Assembly: GCA_963789465.1 (NCBI GenBank)
Contig: CAWBLL010000019.1
Span: 923,060-987,059 of the forward strand
Direction of reading: 5' to 3'
DNA: 64,000 nt
Origin: an uncultured Bacteroidales bacterium
Lineage (GTDB): Bacteria > Bacteroidota > Bacteroidia > Bacteroidales > VadinHA17
In this document: positions 39,307 through 50,571 of the stretch, piece after piece
Layout: each line of letters begins with the position of its first letter
Position numbering within the stretch: the stretch's first letter is position 1
Notes under the pieces: model-generated
What the model was told of the DNA's origin: nothing
What the model saw: only the letters and a program-made list of their open reading frames with translations
The model's database searches: none
Position numbers and translations under genes: made by a program

Positions 39307-41530
39307 ATGATGAAAAAAAACTACCCGCTTTTGTTAGCAGTGCTAATAAGCCTGACAAACTGTACTGGCAATAATTCAAAGCCAGTATCTTCAGCAGAGA
39401 CAGTATATACAGATGTACCTTACCTGCAGGATTACAGCATAAAGTACTATTCCCAGGATCCGGCTGCTCAGTTAATTAACGTAGTCTCCGACAGGAATGG
39501 CTATATTCAGATTCTGTCGTCCAAAGGCTTGTTGCGTCTGAGAGATGGTCAATTTCTTTTTCCGGGAAATATTGTGAAGGATGTCCAGGACCTGCAGACC
39601 TCCGATAAAAAAATTTCAGCGATCGGGACTTATCGGAATCAGCTGGTCTATGTCGACGATAAGGCAGTTTTCAGCAATGCGTGGGCAGGGAATCTTTATT
39701 CTGTACATTCCCTTCCCGGTGCAAAAATATTCAGTGGAGGGAAGGATTTTAACTTTCTAATATCCGACGGTAAAAAGATTATCCTGCTGAAGAATTCAGA
39801 GCAGCTCTGGAACGGATCCCTGAATAATGAGGAGGTGAAGGATATAAAATTCGATGATTCCAGGGCTTTGTTCTTTGTGCTGGGAACCAAATCAATAAGC
39901 TCTTTCAATCCTGAGACTAAAGTTCTGGAGCCAGTCTTCACCCGTGATAATCTTACCTGTTTCGAGGTATTTCCCGAAAAACTGATTGCAGGAACATCGG
40001 CAGGATATATTGAGGTGGATCTGAAAAGCGGTAAGCAGATAGGGGACCTTCACGATAAAATGCCATGGACAGAACTGACCTGTGTAACCGGGATAGATGG
40101 AACTGTTTGGTTTGGTTCCACATGGGGAGCAATGAAACTGCGTGATAACGGGAAATTTGACTATTATGCCTCTGAACGATGGATCCCTTCCGATACAGTG
40201 GCAAAAATTGCCAAAGGTCCGGATAACTCCGTACTCATATTAACAAACAAGGGGCTGGGAAGGATTAACTTCGGTGAGATGACACTATATGACAAAGCCA
40301 TGTTCTATGAAAAAGAGGTACGGGAAAGGCATATCAGGACTGGCTTCAATGCAACAGTCTCCTCTATGAAGAATGGGGATGTCACTACAGGAAGCCTGGA
40401 AGATTCTGATAACGATGGCTTATGGACCTCAATGTACCTGGCCGGCGAAACATTCCGGTATAGTGTAACAAAATCGGATGAGGCTCTGCAAAATGTAAGG
40501 GAATCACTTGACGCCATGGAGAGATTATACACCATTAATTCGATTCCGGGCTTTCCCTCCCGCTCTTTTGAAAGACGCGGTTACAAGTATAATGACAAGG
40601 CATGGCGAAGGGCTGAAGATCCGGAGTGGGACTGGAAATCCACCACCAGCAGTGATGAGGTGATCGGACATGTCTTTGCCTTTGGCGCAATCGCTGAACT
40701 GGTTGATGTGCCGGAGGTGAAGGCTAAAGCCGTTATGCTCATTGATACACTGATGTCCTATATCGTGAAAAATAATTTGTACCTTATTGACTGGGACGGT
40801 AATCCCACCCTGTGGGGAAAGTGGAATCCTGATTATGTCAACGCTTTGCACAGTACATCGGGAGACCGTAAGCTTAATTCATCAAATATCATTGCCATGC
40901 TCCAGACGGCTTATCATTTCACGGGCAAGGAAAAGTACAGGGAGGTGGCATTTAACCTTATGGAAAAGCATGGTTACCTTCATAATCTTATGATACCGAT
41001 GAACAGAGTTGACAGTGCTCCTGAAGAGGCAAGCGAATGGAATAAGATGCTTTCAGGAGGGTGGAATCATTCCGATGATGAGATGTATTATGTTGGCTAC
41101 TGGGGTCTGTACCGCTATGCTTTCAACGATACCCTCAAGGCTGATTACAGGAAAGCAATAATTGATCATCAGAAAGCTGAGAGTCCGGAAAAGGAGGGAT
41201 TATGGAATATTATGACAGCACTGGCCGATACAAAGGATATTAATCTGAAGGATGCAATCTGGTACCTGCAGGAATACCCGCTTGATTTGATTGTGTGGTC
41301 AGTAAACAACAGCCACCGGAAGGATATCGAATTTATTGAACCTAATTTCAGGGAACAGACTATTAAAGAGGTGTTGCCACCCGACGAACTGAGGATCTCA
41401 CGTCATAACACCAACCGCTTCGATCTTGACGGAAACGGTGGCGGCAGGGAGGAGATGAGCGCTGGCGACATATGGCTGCTGCCCTACTGGATGGGAAGGT
41501 ATCTGGGGGTAATAAGCGAACCTGTTTCAG

Positions 41531-41544
<14 letters not shown>
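39307..41544 (+). CDS. Lipoprotein: N-terminal two-component-regulator-propeller-like repeats plus uncharacterised C-terminal domain (paralog A)
   Basis: 745 aa with the lipobox SLTNC. It is paralogous to 52587-54875 through shared blocks ([55 protein letters not shown]). Confidence 0.8.
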
Positions 41545-41699
<155 letters not shown>

Positions 41700-41861
41700 A
41701 CTCATAAATAATTAAAAAGTTATATGACAGGAGTTTACATGGATTTGAGTTTAGGTTAAAAGGCTTTTGCCATTGCAAGTATTGCTAACTGCATTTTGCC
41801 AATTGACAGCTTCATGTTTGCAACATAATAAATATGACTCGATTAAGTAAAATATCCGGAT

Positions 41862-43130
41862 ATGAAAAAACAATGGATCAGTATTCTGATAGTCGGTTTG
41901 TCATTCGGAACTGCCTGGGCTATCAGAGGCCAGTTCGGACATGAACAGGGAGCGGCATGGGCAGGAGCTATAGGAGCTCTGGCCCTTGTACTTGTTTCCG
42001 GGCGCAGGGAGTGGTATTCCAAAATTCTTCTTATTGCCATGAGCTCTGCTATTGGCTGGGGCGCAGGCGGGATGATAAGTTACGGGAAGGTGGTCGGTTA
42101 CGGAAGGAGTACGGATTTTATGAATACATCGTATGGCTTATTGATGCTGTTCGTAATAGGTGCCCTCTTTGGCCTTCTGGGAGGAGGATTCACAGGACTG
42201 ACTTTAGGATCTTCTGATCAGAAGCGTGTCAACTGGGGATGTCTGGTTGCCGAAATGGCTGCCGGTGGCCTGATCGCCTACAGCTTTCTTATAAACCAGC
42301 TCGAAGTACTCATGACCCCTCCCAGGTCTGAAGCATGGGCCGTCTGCCTTGGAGCAGGGCTGGCGATGATCTGGCATATGGCAAGGAATAATTATAAATC
42401 GCCACTGCGGGTGGCACTGTTCTCGGCTTTAGGCGCTGGTTTCGGATTTGCCTTCGGAAATTTCCTTCAGATACTGGGTAATGTCCTGGAGATCCGCTTT
42501 AATATGTGGAATGTAATGGAATACAGCATAGGATTCTTTGGAGGCAGCTTAATGGCATACGGAGTGTTCACTTCTGAATGGCCGGAAGAATCATTTAGTG
42601 CAAAACCATGGGAGAATAAAGTTGCCTTTTTGCTGGTTTTCGTTTTTATACCATTATTCGTTATTACCAATTCACCGGTATTTGATGTTCTTTCGGGGGA
42701 TTTGACACAAGCAAAGAACCTCAGGGATATCACAATGTTTGGGAGTATAGCCGCCATTATATCCCTTATCATCGTAGCAATAACCGGGTGGGTAGTAACA
42801 GTGAAGTCAGGAAATTCCTTCGAAAGAAAAGATGCACTGCTGTTTTTTATGATGTATCTTGGTGCCTACATATTTATCAGTTATTGCGTAACCGGGCTGT
42901 TCGGAGGCGTCTTCCTCCTTAATCATCACCTGTATGTAGTAAATTATATTGTAGTGCTGGTTTTATTGAAAAAGCAATTACCTGCGTTCTTTCAACAACC
43001 GGTTCCGGATATCACGGGTTCAAAGTGGTTGCTGTATACTGTTGCAATAATTCTCTTTTTATTGGTTCTTGCATTTATATTAATAAATATCCATGACGAA
43101 ATAAACGGTGCCAGCTCCCGGTTCTCCTGA
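41862..43130 (+). CDS. Polytopic inner-membrane protein of unknown family (putative transporter)
   Basis: 422 aa with about 11-12 hydrophobic segments rich in Gly and aromatic residues. I recognise no MFS, ABC or SSS signature. Confidence 0.75.
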   Translation: MKKQWISILIVGLSFGTAWAIRGQFGHEQGAAWAGAIGALALVLVSGRREWYSKILLIAMSSAIGWGAGGMISYGKVVGYGRSTDFMNTSYGLLMLFVIGALFGLLGGGFTGLTLGSSDQKRVNWGCLVAEMAAGGLIAYSFLINQLEVLMTPPRSEAWAVCLGAGLAMIWHMARNNYKSPLRVALFSALGAGFGFAFGNFLQILGNVLEIRFNMWNVMEYSIGFFGGSLMAYGVFTSEWPEESFSAKPWENKVAFLLVFVFIPLFVITNSPVFDVLSGDLTQAKNLRDITMFGSIAAIISLIIVAITGWVVTVKSGNSFERKDALLFFMMYLGAYIFISYCVTGLFGGVFLLNHHLYVVNYIVVLVLLKKQLPAFFQQPVPDITGSKWLLYTVAIILFLLVLAFILINIHDEINGASSRFS

Positions 43131-43203
43131 CAATTGGATGATTGAAGACCTATGACCAGATCTCCTTATTCCTGATTTAGTCACTGATCTTTTAGTCGAA
43201 GTT

Positions 43204-43401
43204 GTTGAAAAAATGTTGATAATTGGTTAATAAACTGTTGATAAGCGGTTAACAGACAACCTTCAGATGGTTGGTATCTGGTTTAAAAGTTGTTTCTAAA
43301 ATGGTAATTTGCAGTTGATATATGGTTGATAAATGGTTGATATTTGATCAATATACTGGTCATATGCTGTTAATAATTTGTTCAATGGCAGTTGATATGT
43401 A
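43204..43401 (+). repeat. Degenerate 11-bp tandem array, consensus GTTGATAWWTG, 18 phased units
   Basis: Cutting 43204-43401 into 11-mers gives 14 of 18 units starting with GTT. Six units contain exact GTTGATA (43215, 43237, 43314, 43325, 43336, 43391) and two contain GTTAATA (43226, 43369). All are in register at multiples of 11 bp. Confidence 0.85.
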
Positions 43402-43565
43402 ACACATAACTTAATGATCGCCAGGATAAAAGAGGAGCATTTCGGGAATACAGGAAGATATCTGGCAGCGCTTTTTAAAGTGCTTAGCCTTATCTCGCAT
43501 AAACACAATGAAGAAAGCGTCAGGGATCAAATGGATATAATTAAGCAATAATCTATCACCAGGCT

Positions 43566-45923
43566 ATGAGATTAAAATTACTGATGCTGATACTGGGTTC
43601 CGGCATATTTATCAGCATGGATGCTCAATCAGACGATCCTGTTGATTATGTTAATCCGTTTATTGGTACGGAATTCTTCGGGCATACATTTCCGGGAGCT
43701 TCCCTTCCCTTTGCCATGGTCCATCTTAGTCCGGATGTCAATGATCAGGGCTGGACATATGCTGCAGGGTATGTATATTCAGGAAGTTCAATCATGGGCT
43801 TCAGCCATACGCACTGGAGCGGGGTGGGGATGGTGAATGGCGGCGATATTTTGCTCATGCCGGCAACTGGCAATAAACTGCAAACTGTACCGGGATCAAT
43901 TGAAAATCCCGGTGAGGGTTACAGGTCAAGATTTGATCATGCAGACGAGACAGCCTCCCCGGGATATTACTCTGTCATTCTGAAGGACTATAATATAAAA
44001 GCGGAACTTACCTCCACCAGAAGAGCCGGATTTCACCGTTATACTTTTCCGGAATCGGACAATTCAAGGATAATACTCGATTTGGGTCATCAGATTGGCA
44101 ATAACTCCTCCGTGGAACTTTCGGATCTGATTATCAGGGCTGACAGCATTATTGAAGGGGTAAAGAGTTCAGGTTCCGGGAATGTCTATTTTATAGCTGT
44201 ATTCAGCAAGCCGTTCAGATACTACGGTACTTTCGACAATGAGTACAAGACACCGGAATCGGGAGGAAGCATATGGCCGTATAAAAACGGAGAAAAAGGC
44301 AGGGAAATCGGGGCTTTTGTGACCTTCAGAACGTTGGAAAATGAACAAATACTTGTCAAAGTGGGAATTTCCTATGTTAGCAGGGACGGCGCCAGAAAAA
44401 ACCTTCAGGCTGAGATCCCGGACTGGAATTTCGACAAGGTAAGGAATGATGCCAGAAAAATATGGAATAGGGAGTTGTCACGCATCAGAATCAAAGGGTC
44501 CCCGGATCAGAAAGAAATTTTCTATACAGCGATGTACCACTCATTCCTGGCACAGTATATATCCCAGGATGTTGATGGCAGTTATATCGGGCCGGATAAG
44601 GCAATACATGAAGCCAGAGGATGGGACTATTATGCATCGTTTTCATGCTGGGATACTTACAGGAGTCAGCATCCTTTACTGACTCTCACTGCACCTGACC
44701 ATGTAAATGATTTTATTAAGTCGATAGAGGCAAAGACAAGACAGTACGGATGGCTTCCTGCGCAACATTTCCGGAACGTATTTGTAGAGGCGATGGTCGG
44801 TGACCACCTGATCCCCATCATCGTGGATGCATATGTTAAGGGTTTCCGGGATTTTGATGTGAATTTTCTCTATGAAGCTATGCGCAGGAAAGCATTGGAA
44901 GAACCGAAACCTCCGGTACCAGCTGCAGCCGGCAGATCAGGTCTGAAATATTATATCAGTTCAGGTTACACTCCGGTGGACAAAGTCACGGAGTCTGTCC
45001 CTAATACACTTGAACTGGCTTATGACGACTGGTGTATAGCTCAGCTGGCAAAAGAGCTGGGTAAAATTAGTGATTATGAGCTTTTTATGAAACGCGCATC
45101 AAATTACCGCAATCTTTGGGATCCGGTGACTGAGTTCATGAGACCTAAAAAATCTGACGGCTCGTGGCTTGAGGCACTCGACGGTCATGAGCAGGAAATA
45201 GTAAAGGAGGGAGATCATTCCTATTACAAATATTTTGATCCTCTGCTTGTCGGACGCCGTCCAAACCGTTATTATACAGAATCAAATGCCTGGCAATATA
45301 TCTGGTCGGTACAGCATGACATCCGTGGCCTTATTAACCTTTTTGGCGGAAACACCGGATTTGTCTCAAAGCTTGATACTCTGTTTGAGATGAGTTCTGA
45401 CATAACTCCTCCAAAGTATGTGGGCGTTGTAGGAACGATCGGCCAGTATGTTCAGGGAAATCAGCCTTCTCATCATGTGGCTTATCTGTACGATTATGCT
45501 GGTGAACCATGGAAAACACAGATGAGGGTCAGGCAGGTATGTGAGCAATTGTATCGCAGCGGACCCGGAGGAATTTGCGGGAATGAAGATATGGGATCTC
45601 TTTCATCATGGTATGTTCTGAGCGCTATGGGATTCTATCCGGTTACCCCCGGAAGCGTGTATTACACAATCGGCACACCTCTTTTTGACAAAGTGACGAT
45701 CGAAGTCAGCAATGACAGAACATTTGTTATCAGTGCCGTGAATAATTCGGAAAACAATAAATATATTCAGTCGGCATCATTGAACGGCAAGACCATGACC
45801 CGGACCTGGATTACCCAGAAGGAGATAACCGACGGAGGTATCCTGACATTTGAAATGGGGCCGTCACCAAATAAAATCTGGGGAACAGGGAAGGATGATG
45901 CTCCTCCTTCAATGAGCAAATAA
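43566..45923 (+). CDS. GH92 alpha-mannosidase
   Basis: 785 aa with a signal peptide. It has the canonical N-terminal GH92 block VNPFIGTEFFGHTFPGASLPFAMVHLSPD and later GNEDMGSLSSWYV. Confidence 0.95.
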   Translation: MRLKLLMLILGSGIFISMDAQSDDPVDYVNPFIGTEFFGHTFPGASLPFAMVHLSPDVNDQGWTYAAGYVYSGSSIMGFSHTHWSGVGMVNGGDILLMPATGNKLQTVPGSIENPGEGYRSRFDHADETASPGYYSVILKDYNIKAELTSTRRAGFHRYTFPESDNSRIILDLGHQIGNNSSVELSDLIIRADSIIEGVKSSGSGNVYFIAVFSKPFRYYGTFDNEYKTPESGGSIWPYKNGEKGREIGAFVTFRTLENEQILVKVGISYVSRDGARKNLQAEIPDWNFDKVRNDARKIWNRELSRIRIKGSPDQKEIFYTAMYHSFLAQYISQDVDGSYIGPDKAIHEARGWDYYASFSCWDTYRSQHPLLTLTAPDHVNDFIKSIEAKTRQYGWLPAQHFRNVFVEAMVGDHLIPIIVDAYVKGFRDFDVNFLYEAMRRKALEEPKPPVPAAAGRSGLKYYISSGYTPVDKVTESVPNTLELAYDDWCIAQLAKELGKISDYELFMKRASNYRNLWDPVTEFMRPKKSDGSWLEALDGHEQEIVKEGDHSYYKYFDPLLVGRRPNRYYTESNAWQYIWSVQHDIRGLINLFGGNTGFVSKLDTLFEMSSDITPPKYVGVVGTIGQYVQGNQPSHHVAYLYDYAGEPWKTQMRVRQVCEQLYRSGPGGICGNEDMGSLSSWYVLSAMGFYPVTPGSVYYTIGTPLFDKVTIEVSNDRTFVISAVNNSENNKYIQSASLNGKTMTRTWITQKEITDGGILTFEMGPSPNKIWGTGKDDAPPSMSK

Positions 45924-45967
45924 GGATGTGTACATTTAATAAGAATTAATCTTTTAAAGCAGATAGG

Positions 45968-47995
45968 ATGTCGAGGATAGCACTTATTTTCTTAATTTTT
46001 ATTTCTGCTGTTATTGCCTCAGGTCAGGACAGAACATTGGATCTTATGCCTGTACCCCGTGAAGTCAGGCGGACAGGGGAAAGATTCCGGATAGAAAAGA
46101 ATTTCACAATTGGTGTTACAGGAAACCCCGGAGAGCGGGTTTATAAGGAAGCCTCGCGTTCGTTGCGGCGGCTGGATAACCGTATGGGATTCTTCTTCAG
46201 GCAGGGGATGATAACACCGAAAGATAATTCAGAGAATGCGAGCCTGTTGATTAAGGTAAAGAGGCCTGCAGAGTTAAAGTTATATGAGGATGAGAGCTAC
46301 AAGCTGCTTGCAGGTGAAAAACAGGTAACAATCATTGCAAATACAGATCTTGGAGCTCTCAGAGGACTTGAGACCTTGCAGCAACTGGTAAGCGTTGATA
46401 ATGACGGATATTATTTTCCGGGAATCGAAATAAGTGATGCTCCAAGGTTCCCATGGAGAGGCTTACTGCTCGATATAACCCTTCACTGGATGCCAATGGA
46501 TGTCATAAAAAGGACACTTGATTGCATGGCCTCGGTGAAGATGAATGTATTGCATCTTCATCTTACTGAAGATCAGATGTTTGGTATAGAGTCGAAGGTC
46601 TATCCGAGGTTGCAGGAGCTAGGTTCTGAGGGCAATTACTATACGCAGGAGGAGATGAAGGAGGTTATTGCCTATGCTGATCAGAGGGGAATTAGAATTG
46701 TACCGGAATTTGATGTGCCGGGTCATTGCACCTCATGGCTCAAGGCATATCCAAAGCTTGCCAGTGTTAAAAGGGATTATGAGCTTCAACGCTATTTTGG
46801 TGTTTTTGATCCTGCTCTCGATGTCACAAAAGATTATACCTATACATTTCTTGACAGCCTTTTCACTGAAATGGCTCATCTTTTTCCAGATGAGTATTTT
46901 CATATCGGGGGTGACGAGAATACCGGAAAGGACTGGGAAAGAAATCCTGAGATTAAAGCCTACATGCAGAAAAAGGGCATGACTACATACCGGGAACTTG
47001 AAACTGAATTTATCAGCCGGCTTCTTCCGATTCTGAAAAAGAACGGTAAGAAAATGATGGGATGGGATGAGATCCTGCGCCCTGGTATTCCTCATGACAT
47101 TATGATACAGTCATGGCGGGGTACAGAATCTCTGGTTGAGGCAGCTAAGAACGGCTATACCGGACTGCTGTCAACGGGGTACTATATTGACCTTATGCAG
47201 CCGGCGGACTACCATTATCTTGTCGATCCTGTTCCTGCAAATACGGAACTGACACCGGCACAGCAGAAACTAATCGTCGGTGGTGAGGCTACAATGTGGA
47301 CAGAACTTGTCACGCCGGAAACTGTCGATTCCAGGATCTGGCCCAGAACTGCTGCAATCGCAGAGAGGTTCTGGTCTGCCTCCTCAGTAAAGGATGTGGA
47401 TGATATGTACAGACGTCTCGACTTTATCAGCCTCCTGCTGGAAGGCAATGGCTCCATGCATATCAGGAACAAGGGAATGCTGATGCGCAGGCTGGCAGGT
47501 TCCTGGGACACAAAAGCCCTGGAGGTGCTGGTAGATGTTATAGAACCGCTTAAAATCTATGAACGTAATGAAGGAGACACGATGTACACGGTCTTTTCAC
47601 CACTGACTAAAATTGCCGATGTGGCAACCCCCGATCAGAAAGTGGCCCGGGAGTTCAGGAATAACGTGACAAAATGGTGTAATGCCAGGGATGGGGCAAT
47701 GGAAGAAAATATAATGGCCTGTCTGAGAATGTGGAAAGAAAATGATGGCTCCTTCCGGGAGCTGGTTAAAAGATCTCCTGTACTTGAGGAAGCATCGGGT
47801 CTCTCTGAAAACCTTGCAATAATATCAGAGCTTGGCCTGCAGGCTGCACGATATATTAAAAGCGGAACCAGGCCACCGCCGTCATGGAAAGAGAAATGTC
47901 TCGAAATTACGGGGAAAGCAAAGGAACAGGGTGGCAGATGCGACCTTCAGGTAGTCAGTGCAATTGAAGAGCTTATTGAGACAGCTGCGAAATAA
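45968..47995 (+). CDS. GH20 beta-N-acetylhexosaminidase
   Basis: 675 aa with a signal peptide. It carries PRFPWRGLLLD, HLHLTEDQ, EFDVPGH and the catalytic HIGGDE. Confidence 0.95.
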   Translation: MSRIALIFLIFISAVIASGQDRTLDLMPVPREVRRTGERFRIEKNFTIGVTGNPGERVYKEASRSLRRLDNRMGFFFRQGMITPKDNSENASLLIKVKRPAELKLYEDESYKLLAGEKQVTIIANTDLGALRGLETLQQLVSVDNDGYYFPGIEISDAPRFPWRGLLLDITLHWMPMDVIKRTLDCMASVKMNVLHLHLTEDQMFGIESKVYPRLQELGSEGNYYTQEEMKEVIAYADQRGIRIVPEFDVPGHCTSWLKAYPKLASVKRDYELQRYFGVFDPALDVTKDYTYTFLDSLFTEMAHLFPDEYFHIGGDENTGKDWERNPEIKAYMQKKGMTTYRELETEFISRLLPILKKNGKKMMGWDEILRPGIPHDIMIQSWRGTESLVEAAKNGYTGLLSTGYYIDLMQPADYHYLVDPVPANTELTPAQQKLIVGGEATMWTELVTPETVDSRIWPRTAAIAERFWSASSVKDVDDMYRRLDFISLLLEGNGSMHIRNKGMLMRRLAGSWDTKALEVLVDVIEPLKIYERNEGDTMYTVFSPLTKIADVATPDQKVAREFRNNVTKWCNARDGAMEENIMACLRMWKENDGSFRELVKRSPVLEEASGLSENLAIISELGLQAARYIKSGTRPPPSWKEKCLEITGKAKEQGGRCDLQVVSAIEELIETAAK

Positions 47996-48077
47996 ATTTG
48001 CCGCTTATTGCAGACTCGCTTAAGGGAAACGAATGAGTAAGATATTCTGATCCGATTTTGAAATAAAGAAATGACAA

Positions 48078-49199
48078 ATGAATAAATCAGCAATTAATGA
48101 AAGCAGCGGGAGACTGATTTCGCTTGATGCATTCAGGGGAATCACAATAGCAGCAATGATACTTGTAAATTTCCCTGGAAATGAAGAACATGTCTACGCC
48201 CCTCTCAACCATACGCACTGGAACGGAATAACACCGACGGACCTTATTGCCCCGTTCTTCCTGTTCATCGTAGGAGTGGCAATTGCCTTTGCTTACACCA
48301 GGCGGCTGGATGCAGGGATGAGTCCCTCTGCAATCTATCCGAAACTGATTGGCAGAGCTGTCAAAATTTATGTTGTTGGCATGTTGCTTAATATTTTGGG
48401 ACTTTTTCCTGATTTTAATTTTGCCGATATACGCTACACCGGGACCCTGCACAGGATTGCGATAGTTTATCTGGTATGCGGAATTATATTTCTCAGGACA
48501 AACTGGAAAACACAGGCAATTATTGCAGCTGTGATACTCGTTGGCTACTGGCTCGCCATAAATTTTATCCCGACTCCGGGTTATGGAAAGGTGATGCTGG
48601 AGCGCGATATCAACCTTGCGCAATGGATCGATTATAAATTCCTGCCCGGTAAATTATACCAGGGTGTCTGGGATCCCGAGGGCATATTGAGCACTTTCCC
48701 TTCAATCGCAACAGGGATAAGCGGTATGCTGGCCGGCAGACTATTGCTGAAAGTAGATTCCCGGGAATACAAGGTGATCTGGCTGTTTCTTCTCGGATTC
48801 ATTTCAACGATTACCGGGGTTATCTGGAACTGGGTATTTCCTTTAAACGAAAATATCTGGACCAGTTCATTTGTATTGTTTACCTCCGGCCTTGCTGCAA
48901 TGACCCTGGCAGCATCCATTTTCGTTGTTGATATCCTGAATTTGCGGAAAGGAGCACAGTTTGGAGTGATATATGGGTCAAATGCAATAGCGATATATGT
49001 TTTGGCAGATATCCTTGCACTCTTATTTTATGAGATAAAAATGGGTGGAAGCACTTTAAATCAGCACTTCTGCAACTTTTTCACTTCAATGGGAAGCGCA
49101 CCTGAATTTGTGAGTATGATCTATGCAATAATCTATGTGGGGGTACTGTTTATTCCGGCCTATATCCTTTATAAAAGAAAAATATTCATAAAATTATAG
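48078..49199 (+). CDS. Heparan-alpha-glucosaminide N-acetyltransferase-like membrane acyltransferase (DUF1624/DUF5009 type)
   Basis: 373-aa polytopic ORF with the family-typical N-terminus RLISLDAFRGITIAAMILVN. Confidence 0.8.
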   Translation: MNKSAINESSGRLISLDAFRGITIAAMILVNFPGNEEHVYAPLNHTHWNGITPTDLIAPFFLFIVGVAIAFAYTRRLDAGMSPSAIYPKLIGRAVKIYVVGMLLNILGLFPDFNFADIRYTGTLHRIAIVYLVCGIIFLRTNWKTQAIIAAVILVGYWLAINFIPTPGYGKVMLERDINLAQWIDYKFLPGKLYQGVWDPEGILSTFPSIATGISGMLAGRLLLKVDSREYKVIWLFLLGFISTITGVIWNWVFPLNENIWTSSFVLFTSGLAAMTLAASIFVVDILNLRKGAQFGVIYGSNAIAIYVLADILALLFYEIKMGGSTLNQHFCNFFTSMGSAPEFVSMIYAIIYVGVLFIPAYILYKRKIFIKL

Positions 49200-49210
49200 C
49201 ACTAAACGGA

Positions 49211-50431
49211 TTATCTGCCAATATTTGATTGGTGCGAACAAATGACGGCAGGATCAATGACAACATGCTTGATCGTCTTCCTGCCTTCCCCGGGGGAATA
49301 GGAATAGGAGATATTTATTAAGCCATCGTTTGTCTGTATCATGCATGGATATGAAAAGCTTCCTTTTTTGTCTGGCTGATACTCGATCAGTTCTTTCCAT
49401 TTCCATGTAGAGCCTTCATCATCCGACAGATACAGTGATAGCTGATAGCGGCCGTCAGTAATGTCATTGCCAAAAAATGCCCATTTCCCATCCTTCAGTA
49501 CACAGAGCTCCACACTTGCCTCATTGGGAATATCAGTTTTTTCCGAAAGTGTCCATGACTCTCCGTTGTCGGATGAGGTACTTATCTGCACCCTGTTGGG
49601 AGCATCTCCGCTGTCGCGCATATAAGCTACTATTGTCCCGTCTTTCTTTACTGCCAGCGCAGGTTGTATAGGGCCTCGCCCTACTATCGGGAGGCTGTTT
49701 CTCCATGTTGAACCATCATCATCGGAAATGGCAATCATGGAAAAATTAAAACCGTCAGAGTAAAGAGGCAGGAGGATTCTTCCGCTTTTAAGGGTAAGCG
49801 GATGAATTCGGGTCATCCATCCGAAGCTTCTTTTTGTTAAATCTTTACAGGCCTCTTTGATCATGTCATCGTAAAGCGGAGCGTATGCAGCCCAGCCTGC
49901 CTTGTTTTCCGGCATCTCATCGAATTTTTTGACGACCTCTTTCTCAAACTTATCATCCGGCTTGAGGAGGATATCGTCCTGCCATTCCCACTTTGGAGCT
50001 CCACTGCCTGAAAAGTCGGTGGTTGTACGGTACCTGAGAATTGAATTTTCCCATTTGTTAGCCATTACAGCAATCCAGAACATGAAGAGCTTGCCCTTCC
50101 TGTCAACGAACAGCACCGGATTGCAATCCGGAATGTCCCTGGTGTCTGCCATTAGAAAAGGGATGGACCACTTGTTATTACCTTTACTCTTTCTGGCTCC
50201 CATTATCCTGACATCGTCGGCAGATCTTTCACCGTTACCCTGGAACCAGCAGGCCAACATATCTCCATTTGGCAGCACTGCAATACTGCTGCCATGTACG
50301 TGCTCGTTCTGAAAAGGGAAAATATACTCCTCGCTTACAATGGCTCCCGAACTATTTCTGGTCTGACCCGTGACATTCAGATAGCTGTATAGCAGCAGTA
50401 GGGGAAATATCCGGATTATTTTTGAAATCAT
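49211..50431 (-). CDS. BNR-repeat (sialidase-like) six-bladed-propeller protein
   Basis: 406 aa with a signal peptide. It has three Asp-boxes (SDDDGSTW, SSDNGESW, SDDEGSTW). I saw no clear FRIP motif. Confidence 0.8.
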   Translation of the reverse strand: MISKIIRIFPLLLLYSYLNVTGQTRNSSGAIVSEEYIFPFQNEHVHGSSIAVLPNGDMLACWFQGNGERSADDVRIMGARKSKGNNKWSIPFLMADTRDIPDCNPVLFVDRKGKLFMFWIAVMANKWENSILRYRTTTDFSGSGAPKWEWQDDILLKPDDKFEKEVVKKFDEMPENKAGWAAYAPLYDDMIKEACKDLTKRSFGWMTRIHPLTLKSGRILLPLYSDGFNFSMIAISDDDGSTWRNSLPIVGRGPIQPALAVKKDGTIVAYMRDSGDAPNRVQISTSSDNGESWTLSEKTDIPNEASVELCVLKDGKWAFFGNDITDGRYQLSLYLSDDEGSTWKWKELIEYQPDKKGSFSYPCMIQTNDGLINISYSYSPGEGRKTIKHVVIDPAVICSHQSNIGR

Positions 50432-50571
50432 AAGGGTAAATATTTATTGAGTAATACAATATAGTAATTTTTGCAGGGTAATTATCAGTACCAGATCATG
50501 CAATTCCGAAGAAATTTTCAGGAAGAAGGAGATAATTCTGCAAGGGAGACAGAGATTCCTGTTCATCGGAC

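Noticed and set aside
39155-39379. 74-aa minus-strand ORF.
   Set aside because: It overlaps the start and lipoprotein signal of the well-supported + strand gene at 39307, and spans the hairpin and repeat region. It has no family resemblance.
43204-43401. Replication origin or DnaA-box cluster. TGTTGATAA is one mismatch from the reverse complement of TTATCCACA.
   Set aside because: Only two units approach the DnaA box, and the mismatch hits a conserved position. No dnaA, dnaN or AT-rich unwinding element is nearby, and the array sits inside a PUL. It is kept as a repeat or regulatory candidate instead.
43296-43508. 70-aa minus-strand ORF in the GH92 upstream region.
   Set aside because: It overlaps the 11-bp repeat array, has biased composition and no recognisable family. 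It is most likely non-coding.
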